A stretch of DNA of 64,000 bases from Caecitellus pseudoparvulus (GCA_965644315.1 CBFFRQ010000040.1:342124-406123), one strand, 5' to 3'; shown: positions 1 through 13,025, numbered from the stretch's first letter. Made by a program: numbers and translations. The notes: a model not told the origin generated them from the sequence alone.

Positions 1-1
1 G

Positions 2-1711
2 ACGCCCCCACCCAAGCAAGGGAGCTCACCCCCTGCGCCCAAAGTTGAGCGTGCACCCCCGGCCACTGCTGAAAGTGGTGATTCGCCCGCCAGTGTGGGT
101 GGAGCTTTGCAGGCTGCAGCTGTGGCAAGATCGCCGGCCGAGCGTTCGACTCCCTCCGGCGGCACACCTGCACAGTCTTCAGAGGCAAAGCCAAGCCCGC
201 TCTCAAAATCAGGCACCAAGCCTTCCTCTTCCCCTTCCACACCTAGCCATCCAGCACAGTCACAGGCAGACAAGCCGCGTTCAGCCAACCCACAAAGTGG
301 CAAAGCTTCCGCAGCCTCCCTCTCTGCGGCTTCACCCCCTGTGCGGCCGCTCAGGCCCCCCCCTGCAAGGCCAGAGGCAGGCAAAGCAGGAGCTACAGAA
401 GCACCAAAGCCATCTATTACCCCAAGCAAGAGGAAGGCGGGCGACTCGGCCCGGGCAATGCTGAGTGCAAAGAAGCCCGATGCACGCAGTCCAAAGAGCG
501 CCGCTCCGCCTTCCCCAGCTACACCTGCCTTGCCAAGTCCGAGTCCCCCGCGTGCAGGCGCCCCAGTACAGTACAAAGTCCTAGCGTATGCTGGCATTTG
601 TGAAAAGGGCCACAACGAAGACGAGCCGCTCAAACCGAATCAGGACAACGTCATCATGTCTGAGCACCCGGAGACAGACAGCGTACTGCTGGGAGTCATG
701 GATGGCCACGGCCTGTACGGGCACGAAGTCAGCGCTGCACTGGCTGATGGCCTCCCACAAATCATCTTTGCACACCCAATCTTCCTCGAGGCTGTGGAAT
801 CGTTCGCCGCCGCTTCGAGCAGAAGTGCAACTCCAAGCATTCCCCCGCATGGCACTAGCAGCGCCCAAGACCTGCCGCCCGCACATGCGACTTTTGCCAA
901 TGCTGTGTCGGGCGTGATGGCCGAGGCAGTGGCAGAAATCGAAGATGCGCTGCTTGCGAATTCCGAGCTGGATTTGAGCCGGTCTGGCTCAACCCTCGTG
1001 CTGGCGTTGGTGCACCAAGGCTTCGCCGTCGTGGCGAACATTGGCGATAGTCGCATGGTCATCGCTGCACCGCCGACTGGACAGCGCCCGTGTGCCATAA
1101 CAGCAGTCACCTCCGACCATAAGCCCAATGCTCCCGGTGAGACCAAGCGCATCTTGCTTGCTGGCGGGTGCGTGCGGGCCATCACATACGAGGACGGCCA
1201 AGACGGCCCCATGCGCGTGTGGACCAGCATGACATCCGAAGCTCCCGGCCTTGCGATGTCCAGGTCTGTGTGTGACAGCCTGGGCAAGACTTGCGGCGTG
1301 ACGTCGGACCCAGACTTTTTCTACGTGGCTCTTGGACCCGGTGCGTCCCACCTCATCCTGGCATCCGACGGCCTCTTCGAGTTCGTGTCCCATGAAACAG
1401 TGGCAGATACGTTGGCCATGACGCACAAGGCTGCATTGGTGCAGGTTGCAGATGACCACAGTCAGTCCCCTGGTGTGGATGCCAAAGCACTTCTCACCGG
1501 CGATTTGGCTTCCGCAACCCCCGACGCTGCACTTCGACACGCCCTCGCGAAGCAAGTAGACGAGGAGCACCTCAAGCTTGCCATCGACGCACTCGCAGAC
1601 ACAGCAGTGCAGCACTGGGTCGATGAGGAGGGGGTCGTCGATGACATTTCCATCCTGCTTTGCTGTTGCGGGCCGGCGAGGGACGTGGACCAGCCCGGGC
1701 AGGACACTTGA
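2..1711 (+). CDS. PP2C/PPM-family Ser/Thr phosphatase with a Pro/Ser-rich N-terminus (5' truncated by the window)
   Basis: The frame is open from position 2. It carries PP2C motifs NQD, GVMDGHG, SGST, ANIGDSR, DHKP, GLAMSRS, ILASDG and DDISI. TGA at 1709-1711. Confidence 0.92.
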   Translation, partial: TPPPKQGSSPPAPKVERAPPATAESGDSPASVGGALQAAAVARSPAERSTPSGGTPAQSSEAKPSPLSKSGTKPSSSPSTPSHPAQSQADKPRSANPQSGKASAASLSAASPPVRPLRPPPARPEAGKAGATEAPKPSITPSKRKAGDSARAMLSAKKPDARSPKSAAPPSPATPALPSPSPPRAGAPVQYKVLAYAGICEKGHNEDEPLKPNQDNVIMSEHPETDSVLLGVMDGHGLYGHEVSAALADGLPQIIFAHPIFLEAVESFAAASSRSATPSIPPHGTSSAQDLPPAHATFANAVSGVMAEAVAEIEDALLANSELDLSRSGSTLVLALVHQGFAVVANIGDSRMVIAAPPTGQRPCAITAVTSDHKPNAPGETKRILLAGGCVRAITYEDGQDGPMRVWTSMTSEAPGLAMSRSVCDSLGKTCGVTSDPDFFYVALGPGASHLILASDGLFEFVSHETVADTLAMTHKAALVQVADDHSQSPGVDAKALLTGDLASATPDAALRHALAKQVDEEHLKLAIDALADTAVQHWVDEEGVVDDISILLCCCGPARDVDQPGQDT

Positions 1712-2219
1712 AGCGTAGAGGACGTCGGATGGCAGCGTGCTGATTGGATGCGTAGTATGATGTGGTAGAGTGCGTCGAATGCATTTTGCAGAGTTGCCTG
1801 CTCTTGCCCCTACGATGAGTTGCAGCCCGAATGGGACAGAGCCAGCGGCCCCGCTTGCAGCCGCCTGCCCCATTCAAACTACACACGACTAAGGCACAGC
1901 CCACCATGCGCAGACGCATCTCACCACTGGCATTCGTCGCTACAATTTCCTGCTTGGGCTTTGTTTTTGCCTTGCCAGACCACCTGTGGGCCGCCCAGGA
2001 GCCTCTCGCACGGTTGTGGTCGCCGCGATCCCATCCCTTTGCCAGCGCAAGCAGGCAGGGAACTCCTCATCAAGGAATCTGTGTGACGCTTGCACACCCC
2101 AAGCTGTGAAGTGTGCTGAGATTGACCCTCTTGTGCTGAGGACTGCGGGAGACGCTGCCTCTGTGTCTCCAGCTCGCTCGCGTAACCCTGCACTGTCAAC
2201 TTGAGGTGCTGCGGGCAGC

Positions 2220-5200
2220 ATGGCGTGCCGTCGCTTGCAAAGCCCAAGCGGGCCACCCCCTGCCCCCCAACGCACTCCTGGGCAAGTTATTGGGTGCAAT
2301 GCTTTACACAAGCTTCGCTTGGCGCCCAAGTCAGGCCCCGCCGCCCTCGCGCTTTGGCTGCTGGTGCGTGCCGCCGCTGCGCACCTCGCAAGAGCACTGC
2401 ACATCCACGCTTGCACACACGCTGCCCGCCGCTCCCACTCCCGATGCAGACCCTCACCGTGTTCGTGACATATGGTTTTTCTGAGTCTGATGATGGGACA
2501 GGCTCAAGCACAACTAGCAGCAGCAGCTCCTGGTCTCAATCGTGGGACGACTGGAGCTCGTACTCATACTCCTCATCCAGCTCGTATTGGTGGACCTCTT
2601 CCTACAGCGATGATGCACCCCCAGGTGACTTTACTTGCGAGCTTGGTTGGACATTCTCAGCAGAGCAGGGCATGTGCTACAAGTACTTCGGCAGTGCAGC
2701 GACAAGGCCGCAAGCGGAGGCAACTTGCAGCGACAGTGGCAACGGCTGGATTGCAACCTTAGCCGACTTCGAAGAGTCGATCGCAGTGAGGAGTGTCACG
2801 CAGGGTTACATGGGCGGACTGTGGTTGGGAATCACAGACACGGAGTCGGAGGGCGTGTTCAAGTGGGACGACTCCTCGCCAGTAAGGTACACGAACTGGA
2901 CCACAGGCACCCTTCCCCCCGATGTTGGCGGCTTTGACTGCGCCCTTCTGCTCGGAAACCACACATGGGAGCTGGCGAGGTGCACAGGGGAGCAGCCCTT
3001 TGTCTGTGAGCGCTACCCTGTGTCGCAGATGGCGCCAACATCCGGTGACGGTTGGCTGTCTTTTGTTGGCCGGCCACTGCCTTGGCACAGCGCAGAGCGG
3101 TACTGCGCTGCTCGAGGGGCCGCATTGTTTTCCCCCAAGAACGATGCAGAGGCAAGTGACGTCATTGACGCCCTCCGCGTACTCTACGGTTGGGACGACC
3201 TCTGGACTGGCGTGCAGCAAACCAACGACAGCTCAAACGTGACCGTGTACGTAGGTCTTGCAGGAGAAGCCATTGACGAAGGGGCCCCTCTCAACTGGGC
3301 ACCAGGGCACCCCTTGCCAGACCTTCCTCTGAACGAGTCGTGCTTCTCGTTCAACGGTTCGGCATCTTCCCTGGAGTGGCAAGCCAGGCCGTGCTGCGAA
3401 CGGAAGCGTTTCGTTTGTCGGAGGGATCAGCGTGCATGCCCCCCTGGGTGGACTTCACATCCAGACATCAGCCACAAGTGCCTCAAACTGATCCCTGATG
3501 TCGGGAAAAGTAGCTTGGCTGCTTTTCGTGCCTGCTCCAGGCACCAGGCCCTTCCTGCGACTCTGGGAAGCAACGAAGACCGGATCACGCAGCTCTTCCT
3601 GCCGACAAGCAAGGCCTTTCGACAAGCGGTCTTCGTGGGACTGCTCGCAGAGCCAGCACCAGTGGGTGAAGACGAGCGAAGACTCGCATGGCTGGCCCCA
3701 GAACCGTCGCCAAATCCCCCTCCGAAGGCAAACTTGAAGTGGCGCGTGTCTGACTCGCCACCGCATGCTCCGCCTGGCTTTGAAGGGATCAACTTGAACA
3801 GTCCTGGCGCCGCCAACCTGTCGTACATTGATTCCATTGACCGCTCCCTTGCTGCGATCACGAGGCAGTTCGGCGTTCCAGGCTCCAACAACATCATCTT
3901 CGCGCCTCCAGTGCATCCCCGCCCCAAGGCAGTTCTGTGCGAGCGCCCAGGCCCAGAGGACTGGTGGAATACTTGCCCTGTTGGCTGGTATCCTGTGCAC
4001 TACACGAAAGCTGGAGCCATATTTCAAGCCAAGCGCTGCTGGCTCGGGAGTGATGACATTCGCCCTGGCCTGAAGCTGAAGCAAGCCAACGCGAAAGAGC
4101 TTTGCCAGGCGCAGGGAGGGACCGGCCTCATGACTGGGGGAGCACGCGAGGAAGTCATCGCGCGAGGTCTGTTCAGCTCCTGGGCTGATGAGAATACCCC
4201 CATGCTTGAGAGTGCAATAATGACAGGGTTCAAGAAAGATATGGGAGTTGTTGAACCGCTGACCAAGCGCACGCTGGGCGGTTCTTTTAGCCCGTGCATG
4301 AATGAGTCTGTGGTGGTGCCTGACTGGCCGATTTCGCCTGACGAGAACGTGTATCCTGAAGACTGTGATACTCTCGGTTCAGAAGATGTGCTCGTGCTCA
4401 ATGTGTCCAACCGCCATGGCCTGGGACACGGCACGCTTGTGGACTCTCGCCGCCCTCTCGCCTTCGTCTGCGAGATTCTTGTGCCAGACGCATGCGGGGA
4501 CAACGCATTGCAAGCCTTTGATAACGGCATGCGCCGGTTGAACGGCGGTGTTCCAGCTAATCCAGGCGGCATCACGACGCTGTTCTGGCGTGGAGCTTGC
4601 TATGCCGTGTCTGCCCCCTTGGCAACGGCCAGTAGTCCCCGAGATGTTTACGAAGGCTGCTTAGGCTTGGGTTCTGAATACCTGCCGGCTTGTCCCCAGA
4701 TGTATGGCTGGGCAGAGGCGCTTTCCGCTTTTGTGCGTTCTCAAGCATCCCCTGCAGCTTTGCTTGGCATCGCTCGCGGGCCGCTCGTTGTGACGACAAA
4801 CGAGGACTACCTTTGTATGTCAGGCGGCAGTGTGGTCATGAGGCAGGGAGCTGCTCCGCTGGATCTCCCATCTCAGCACGTGTACCCTGGATCCACTCCA
4901 ACTGCAGTTCTGCTCGGAATCACGCCCGGATCTTTCTCTCAACACGCGTACAGTTCGTTAGGAGGCATTACATGGTCTAGTAAGGTGCTCTGTGCGGCCC
5001 CGGTGTGGCACGGTAACATCGCTGCTGAGGACTTGAGTGATACGCAGTCTTGTGATGAAAAGCTTGGCGGAGGGATTCATGCCGACGTTCACGGTGGCCA
5101 CTGCATTGGGGTCGTCAGCTACGGCTCCTCGAGCATTGAGTCCTTTGCAGAGGCAGAAGTAATGTGTCGCATTGAATCTGAAGATCCTACCTTTGCCCTT

Positions 5201-8200
5201 GCCTCCATGGACACGATGGCTGCCCATTACTGGCTGGAGCAAGCAGACATTGAGCAGACATCTAAGGACCCTTCCTTCCCCACACCAACACCGGTCGCCC
5301 CTGCAGTGTGGATCGGGGCACACAATCACCATCGACTCCCTGTGGAGCCAGACGACATCCACACGAACAACAGAGCCGCCGTCGGCTTCAGTGACGGCAG
5401 TCGCATCTCCTCTGGACTGAGCCGATGGGTGTATGACTCGACTGCCTCAGAGTACTTACCGACCGAAGACATTGATATCATGGCGCCCATCATGTCTGTT
5501 CTGTATGCAACACCGTCCAGCAAGCCCCTCACCTCCAATGCCCCCAACAGCCAGGGAGGGTGGATGGATGCACATGCGCTCGACTACACCGCTACTGCCC
5601 ATCACGATGCAGACGCTGTGCGGCCGCTGTGCAAGGCACCTGTGGCCCCTCGATGTCTGAAAGACCATGCGTTTATCATGGGAAAGTGCATTTTCATCAA
5701 GGTTGGCCCATACACGCAAACAGCAGCCCGGGCTGCGTGCACAGCCTCGGTCCCAGGCTCGCGCCTGGTCACAGTCCCCACGAGGCTCCATGATGAAGCC
5801 TTCAAAAAAGATGCCTTGGCGGACCGAGGCTTCATCAAACTCATCGTCGAAGCAGACGAAATCGATTCGTTCTGGCTCGGCTTGCAGCGCATGAACGAGT
5901 CCTATGCTGCGCCGCTTGAGGAGCCGCAGACCAAGTTCAAGCGTGGAGTCTGGGGGGATACGTACACCTCTCTGCCATGGCTGGAATGGTTTCGATCCCC
6001 TGTCAATGCCCAAGCCCAGGCAGGTGAGAATTTGTACCACTGGGACGTGCACAGCCCTCGCGCAAAGTGGGACAGTCGTCTGTCCGTTGACTTGGGCGCG
6101 CCGAACCACGGCATCACGAACTTCTTTCACAATGGCGGCACTGAAATTGACAGGTCACAGTGTGTCTCGTCATTTGACTGTGACTGTGTGCGCATATCTT
6201 CATCGTGGGGCGACCCCATCGCCAAACCATGCGATGAAGAAGAAACGCAAGCAGCGGCCCTCTGCGAGTACCCGCCGTTGGCAAGCTGGGGCGGAGACGG
6301 GCAGGCACTGCCAGAAGGAGCAACCTTGCCGCTCCTGCAACCTCGGTCCCCAAAGCCCCCACAAACTCCGCCACGACCCTCTCCGCGTTTTTGCGCTGAA
6401 CTGCCCTCCCCTTCACCTTGGACAACTGCCACGCCGAGTCTTACGCCAACTGCGTCGCGCTCGCCTTCGATAACCCCCTGTCCGTCTCCCACGCCGAGCG
6501 TGTCGCCATCAGAGTCGACCACCGTGTCTGCGTCCTTGTCTGTCTCCCCGACCACAACAACGACACTGACCCCCTGTCCGTCCCCGACACCGAGCGTGTC
6601 GCCATCAGAGTCGACCACCGTGTCTGCGTCCTTGTCTGTCTCCCCATCAGCAACAACGACACTGACCCCCTGTCCGTCCCCGACACCGAGCGTGTCGCCA
6701 TCAGAGTCGACCACCGTGTCTGCGTCCTTGTCTGTCTCCCCATCAGCAACAACGACACTGACACCCAGTTCGTCCCGTACGGCGACTGCCTCCATGACTG
6801 TGACTTCAACACCGTCCAGCACTGGCAGCTCAACAGGAACCTCAACCCCACAGTCTTCACCTTCCCAGACGGCTTCTCCGTCTGGCAGCGGAACTGCTAC
6901 TGTTTCACCTGGCTCCTCGCCGACAGAAACGCCACAGAGTACGCCTTCTTCTCATTCAACGTACAGTCCATCCAGCACGCTGTCCAGCAGTCCGACCTCC
7001 TCTCCAACTGCATCCGCCAGCCAGTCGAGGTCTCCTACCTCCACCATTTCCGCATTGAGTACACCAACCAGCTCAGGAACACCGAGCAGCTCAGGTACAC
7101 CAACTGGCTCACTCACACCAGCGTCCACAGCTGCTCAGACGCCAGAAGCGACCCTGACACCCAGCCGAACTCCCTCAGAATCACCGGATGCATCAAGTTC
7201 CGTGGCGACCCAGACCCCCGGCCAGGCGGGACCTCCAAGCCCCACGATCACTGTCTCGGCTTCTCTGGGGCCGACCGCGTCGTCAACCTTGGGTCCTCCC
7301 CCCTCTCCATCAAGCTCGCTTTCGCCAGGAGCATCGCCCACGCCTTCAGGGTCAGCCAGTTCCAGCTCAACACCTCTTGCGTCGGGGCCTGAGACAGCAA
7401 CACCTACGGCAAGCTTCGCCACTCAGACTCCCTCTGCCAGTGGCTCCCCGTCGCGCAGCCCAGGCGGGACCCCCACCATGTCGGGTGATCCGTCACCCTC
7501 AGGAACTTCATCCCAGAAACCCACACCCACAGCTGCGTCGACCAAGGCACCCACTGTTTCAGCGACTCCAACCATGACCCCCACACTCACAGCTAGCCCG
7601 ACGCTTTCACCCAGCGCCACAGCCTCCCCAGCGGCGAACGCTGTGCGTGTGAGTTTGTCCACCGGCATTCAGCACGTGAGCCTGATTCCGGGCGCCACAA
7701 GCAGTGGGGCTGCTGGGGTGGACGGCCGAGTGGGGCCCGCAGACCACGTCTTGAGCAGCATGCTGGAAGTGCAGCAACCACGCTTTGTCACGAGACGCAG
7801 TCCGTTGGTGCTGAGTCACCTGACCACCCCAGAGGGCTTGCAGGTGCTGCTACGGGTGCCTGCCGAACCAGGTCCGAACGAGGTGGTGACCATTCAGTGC
7901 GCTGCAGTGAACAGCACAGTGGGCGTGCAGCCCCCTCGCTGGCGCATGGCCACAACAAGTTTCGCACCCCTGGCAGGGGCTGGCGTCATTCCGTACGAAG
8001 CGCAGGTCGCTCTTGTACTGACTCCTAAAGTCCCTATTGCCTCAGGAGAGCAGGCTCCCTCCCCGCATTGGGAAACTGTGGACGTGGTGCGTTGCACGGT
8101 TGAGAGCCAGCTGGTCACTGCGCCAGCTGGGCAGGCACTGTCCACACTGCAAGTGTACGCGGGGTCACCCCCTGTCAGCATCCACGTGACACAGCCACCC

Positions 8201-11200
8201 GTTGTTTGGCCGTTCATCGGCGATGTGGTGACGCACTTGGCGGGCGAATTGACATCCTCCTGGACCTCCCAAGTGCCGCTGCTGCAGCACCCTGGCTGGC
8301 TTTCCAGCCCAGCTGGACTGGCGGACGCAGAGTACGCACAGGTGCTGCATGCGGCACGGCCGCCGCCGAGAGTACCCATGGCTCAGGGGCCAGGGTCGCT
8401 GTTCCTCGCACAGGCACGGCCCGGCGCGGACTTGTACCTGTCCGTGACCCTGGCTGGAGGTATGAACATCACACTTGTTGCTGATGGCACCCAACGTGTG
8501 CGCATTGCGCCTGCACCTGGTGTCGAGGATGTGCGAGAGCACAACGGTGCCACCGCAGCCCATGCAAGTGCCTTCGCTTTCATGCCTGGTAGCCAGGTGT
8601 GGCTGGGCCAGCTGAAGCTGCACGTCAACCGTGTGTCTTCTGACGGGCTCATGCTGGACGTAGCGCTGCCCCCATACGCCCAGCTGTGTCCCCCAGATGC
8701 ACCCTGCACCGGGCCCTCCGCATACAAGACTCTGTGGGTGTCCAATCCTCCCAGGGTACCGCAATCCTGGGTTGCGACGGTGCGTGATGCGTGGGCTGGT
8801 GCGGGGTCAGCTTGGGTTACACCCCACTCCCACCCCGCTGCCTTTGCCAATGGTCAAGCAGCGTGGGACGCCCCCACTGCAGTGACATTGGGCCACCAGG
8901 AAGACATACTTGGAGGTGCCATGGCGTGCCCTCTAGCATGCCCTGGAGCAGGAAGCAGCACCGATCCTACTAGCCCTGCCACCGCGCGCAGACTGCAGTC
9001 TGCTGAGGCTGCCAGCACAGGGTACGGCATTTACGTCACCGATGCGTGTTTGGGGTACCTGCCGCCCGGACCCGCCTGTCGCGACCCGGCCATCTCTCCC
9101 GCTCGCTGTGCTTTCGGCGCGGGGGATGAGTGTGTGCCGTGTGGAGAGGGTGCCGTGTGCCCGGGCGGCTACAGACGCTGGCCCATTGCAGGGTACTGGA
9201 CGGATTCTGAACGGTCAGGAGCTGGTGTCGTCAAGTGCGCGGCACCTGCGCAGCTGCGTTGCCAAGGCTGGGACGTCGTGCAGCGCAAGTCGCTGTGTGG
9301 CGAGGGGTACACTGGCGTCCGGTGCGGCTCATGTGCCGACTCCTTCTACCGGGTTGACTCAGGGGAGTGTCTGCGATGTCCAGAGACAGGCCACAACAAG
9401 CTGCTGGATGCGATAGTTCCGCTCCTGGTCTTCCTCGGCGTCTTTTGCGGCGTCGTAGGTGTCATGACGGCGGCAGTGCTTCTGGCCGTGTATTGGCGAG
9501 GTGGGTCGCTGAAGGGTGGCCTGTGGCGCACCCTGGACTTCATGGCGTGGGCCATCGCCTTGCTGCAGGTGCTGGCACAGGTGGGCAGGTCGGCAGCCCC
9601 TGGCTTGCCGGGCTTCCTGGCGGACTTCTACGCCAACCTGAATGTCATGCAGCTGGACACGGGTGGTCTGGTCCCTCCCGAGTGCATTCAGCGCAGCTCT
9701 GTGCTGAGCGGCGATGTGCTGCTCATGTGTGCTGCCTTGGCCGGCATGTTGTTCTCCGTGGTGCTGTCAGCTGCCAAAGTGGCCAAGACGCAGAAGTTGG
9801 CCAGCTCGCAACCCCCGACGCAGGCTTCCTGCTGCTCGTCGTGCATGGGGGTGTGGGCCAGCATCAAACCCAGCCTGCGGCACGGCGTGTTGCTGCTCCT
9901 CACAGTGCTGTACGCCCTGGTGTGCAACACTGTCTTCCGGCAACTGCACTGCCTGCCCACGGAGGTCAGCGACGAAGCTGGTGGCAGTGGCGATGTTCTG
10001 ACTTCGCGCACAGCATACCTGCTTTTCTCAGACCCAGGCACCGAGTGCTTCGTGTCGTCAAATCACGTCGTCTCCGGGTCATTGGCCGTCGTGACACTGG
10101 TGCTGTTCGTCATCGGCTACCCACTGTGGTCCTTCCTATGGGTTCGCCGGCGCATTCACTCCGTCATGAAACGCTCCAAGGCCAGCGCGGAGTACCTGCG
10201 CTTGTGTCGCACGCTGGCTCGGCAGCGTCGCATCAAGGCGTCAGTGGCCGGCAAGCGTGGCCTGCGCGTTTTGAAGTCCATGAAGGACCTGGACAAGGAT
10301 GAGGTTGAACACGTCATCGCCAGCGTGACCGGCGATGTGGCCGCGCCGACTGCCTCGGGCGACCACTACGCCAGCGCCTCTGCAGCGCAGTACAAACAAG
10401 CAATTGCAGGTCAGTCGTTCGCAGGCATGGAAGCCGTGCGTGCTCGCACCAAGCTGGCGCGCGACAATGCCAAGGCTGCTCAACTACGGGAAGACGGCGA
10501 AACACCCTCCACGAAAGCCTCGCCCTCCAAGCCGCTGCTAGTGCCTGCCAAAGGGGCCCTGCTGCCAGCTGAGGGGAGCACATCCTCTCACCCAGCACGA
10601 CCCAGCTCCAAGGCGCTGTTGAACCCGATGTTCCGCAAGAAGGCTGCCGATGGAGGCGCCATGCAGCCAGTGCTGCGCCCAGCGCCACAGGCGCCCCCTC
10701 CCACCCCCCGCCGCAGCAACGGCGCCGCGTGTGTGTACTACCTGGCCTGTGGTTGCTGCTGCGGCCCAGCCCTGGCTGCCAAGGCGGGCTTCCTCTCTCG
10801 CAAGGCGAGCAAGCTGCGCCTGGCGTGGTCCACTCGCCACCAGCGGGGCTCGCCCGCCGAACGGTACCTGGCGCAGACTCTAGAGCGGTCGCCAGAGCTG
10901 ATCAACACCATGGGCCTGTCGCACTTCACAAACGCAGACTACCGCGTGACGCACTGGTACTTCCGCCACCTGGAGTTTGCTGTCATGGTGGTGCTGGCGT
11001 GTGCCTTTGTCTTCTTGCCCGGCAACGGAGCGGGGGAGGCTGGTGGGCGCCTGGCCCTCACCCTCATCGCACTGTTGGCGCAAACGGCAGCCCTGATCTG
11101 GGCGCGGCCGTTCCGGGCAGAGGGGCAGTGGAAGCAACTGGTGAAGGTGTACTCCCTACTTCTGGCGTGTCTGTCGGCCCTGCTGAACTACGCCATGTAC

Positions 11201-11863
11201 CAGGAGCTGGAAACGGGCCAGGCGCCGCTGGGGCCGGGAGGGGCCGCCAACCTGGCCTTCCTCGTCTTTGCTCTGTCCATGGGCCTGCTGCTGACGCTGC
11301 TGGTGTCGTTCTGGTACATGCTGCTGCAAGGCGCGGGGCAAGAAGCGCGAGCCATGCGGCTGCAGCAGGCTCTGCGCCGCAAGGGCGTGCAGGACATCCC
11401 TACTGCGGCGCAAATCACGTACGCGACGGGGAACCCCCTCGCTGCGGCTGTGGGAGAGGGCACAGACACACCTGTGCGCCAGGACCTCAGCATGCGCTCT
11501 GGAGGGGGGCAGCCCGTGGCCAGCCGCACCTCCCAACGAGGCCTGGACGGCATCCACGCTGGGCGGGGGCTGCACAAGGACGGGCGCAAGTCCTTCGCCC
11601 GAGTGCGTCTGGCAGTGCGTGGCACAGGCGTGGGTGCTGAGAAGCAGGAAGGCTCCAAGCCTGCCACCCAAGAGGCCTCTCGCAAGGCCTCGGTTTCTGG
11701 CACACCAGGCTCCACGCGCCAGCTGCAGAGCGCCCTGGAGGTGTATGCCGCCCAGGCCCTTGCGTCACGAGGCCGGCGGTCTGCGTCAGTGACGAGCAGG
11801 AAGCCTGGGCCGTCGCCCACGAACCGGACCAAGCGCAGAGCTGCCAGCCGAGGCATTCTGTAA
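2220..11863 (+). CDS. Giant membrane receptor-like protein: ~7 C-type lectin-like domains, S/T/P mucin stalk, Cys-rich EGF-like region, ~9 TM helices
   Basis: ATG 2220 with an inferred intron at 2364-2449 (GTGCGT...GCAG) joins ALALWLL to TLTVFVTYGFS, a signal-like hydrophobic stretch. Repeated CxxGW...CY...W(L/I)G...FVCE units lie at ~2636-6275, the S/T/P stalk at ~6330-7630, and CxxC/CPGG/GYW/GxxCGxC at ~9040-9385, followed by hydrophobic helices. TAA at 11861-11863. Confidence 0.85.
6473..6760 (+). repeat. Coding tandem repeat, 3 x 96 bp (32 aa, TPCPSPTPSVSPSESTTVSASLSVSP(S/T)(A/T)TTTL)
   Basis: Near-identical units start at 6473, 6569 and 6665. Confidence 0.95.
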
Positions 11864-12117
11864 GCACTTGGGCCGCTGTGTGCAACATGTGTCTTCGTGA
11901 AAGAAGCTCCGATTGTGAATGCATCGCTGTTTTGCTGAGGAGTGTCGGAGACTGCCAGCCGCGACACAGCCGCGCACGCACTGCCACAATCAATCGAACG
12001 CATGTACACTCACGTTAAACACCAGCCTGTGCAAGCTGTCTTGAGTCCACCACCCCGAACACTCCCCCACGAAGTCTCGAAACCGCAGAGACTGCACGCC
12101 AGCCTGCGGCGTGTCAC

Positions 12118-12129
12118 CGTGACGTCACG
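12118..12129. promoter_or_regulatory. Perfect 12-bp palindrome CGTGACGTCACG (CRE/bZIP-like site) about 45 bp upstream of the MAPEG ATG
   Basis: Seen directly. It contains the TGACGTCA core; function is inferred only. Confidence 0.3.
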
Positions 12130-12173
12130 TCGGCTGGCGGGCTCGCCTCACGAGGTCGCACGTGTCACACATC

Positions 12174-12910
12174 ATGGTGGAGCTCAGCGTGAGCTACTAT
12201 GTGGCAATTGCGTCTGTTCTGCTGCTGTATGTTTTCTGGATGGCCGCGCTCTCTGTGATGCGGGTGGAGCAGGTTGCGACTGAGCACACAGGAGAAGGTG
12301 CGGAACTTGGCACCGCAGCTCCCGCAAACTGTGCCGCCCTGCTTCTGTGCCGGGAAGACCCTGACCAGCAGTGCAGACGAATGGGAAGCTGCATGGTATG
12401 CACGTCCTTCCTTCGCAGCAGCTTACAACAACAAAGAACCATGGAAGAGCAAGGAGAGGCTTGTGCGTGCAGCGAGCTCGGGGGCACTGGTCTTGCCTCG
12501 ACCGCCGCTGCACACCCATGCGCCACTCCTTCCCCCCTTGGTCAGACTGGGCGCGGAGCGCGGGCGAAAGCGGCCATGAACAACCATGCAGAGCAGTTTC
12601 AATTCTTCGCAGTGGGCGTGCTGCTCAACATGGTCGTGCGGGGTCCGGGCGGCGACAGCGTTGCGGTGCGTCGAGTGGTGGGCGTCAATCCCCAGCCACA
12701 TGTGCTCCATGCCAGGAAGCACGCGCCACGTGCCGCCTCCCCGCTCCCCTCCCACAGCTGGCAGTCATCGCAGGAGTCCATGCACTGGCCCGTATGATGC
12801 ACCTCATCTGCTACATTGAGGACATTGACTGGTGGCGCAGCAGCGCCTTCACTCTGGGCTGGCTGGCGAACCTGGTGCTGTACGGCATCGCCTTCGCGCC
12901 GGACATCTGA
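12174..12910 (+). CDS. MAPEG family membrane protein (3 introns)
   Basis: Inferred introns 12298-12418, 12463-12545 and 12666-12757 give MVELSVSYYVAIASVLLLYVFW...AYNNKEPWKSKERLTGRGARAKAAMNNHAEQF...ARMMHLICYIEDIDWWRSSAFTLG. This matches the MAPEG Y-x-N-x-x-P / RA-x-AA-x-x-N-x-x-E / AR-x-x-H-x-x-x-Y / RS-x-x-F pattern. Confidence 0.85.
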
Positions 12911-13025
12911 GCCCCACTAAGTCCAAGCCAAGAGGTGTAGAATGCAGCCCCACAGTGTTCGAGACACCAGCCGTGCATTGACTCGGCAGCCGCAGCCGGC
13001 CCACCTCTACTGCAACACCGCCTCA

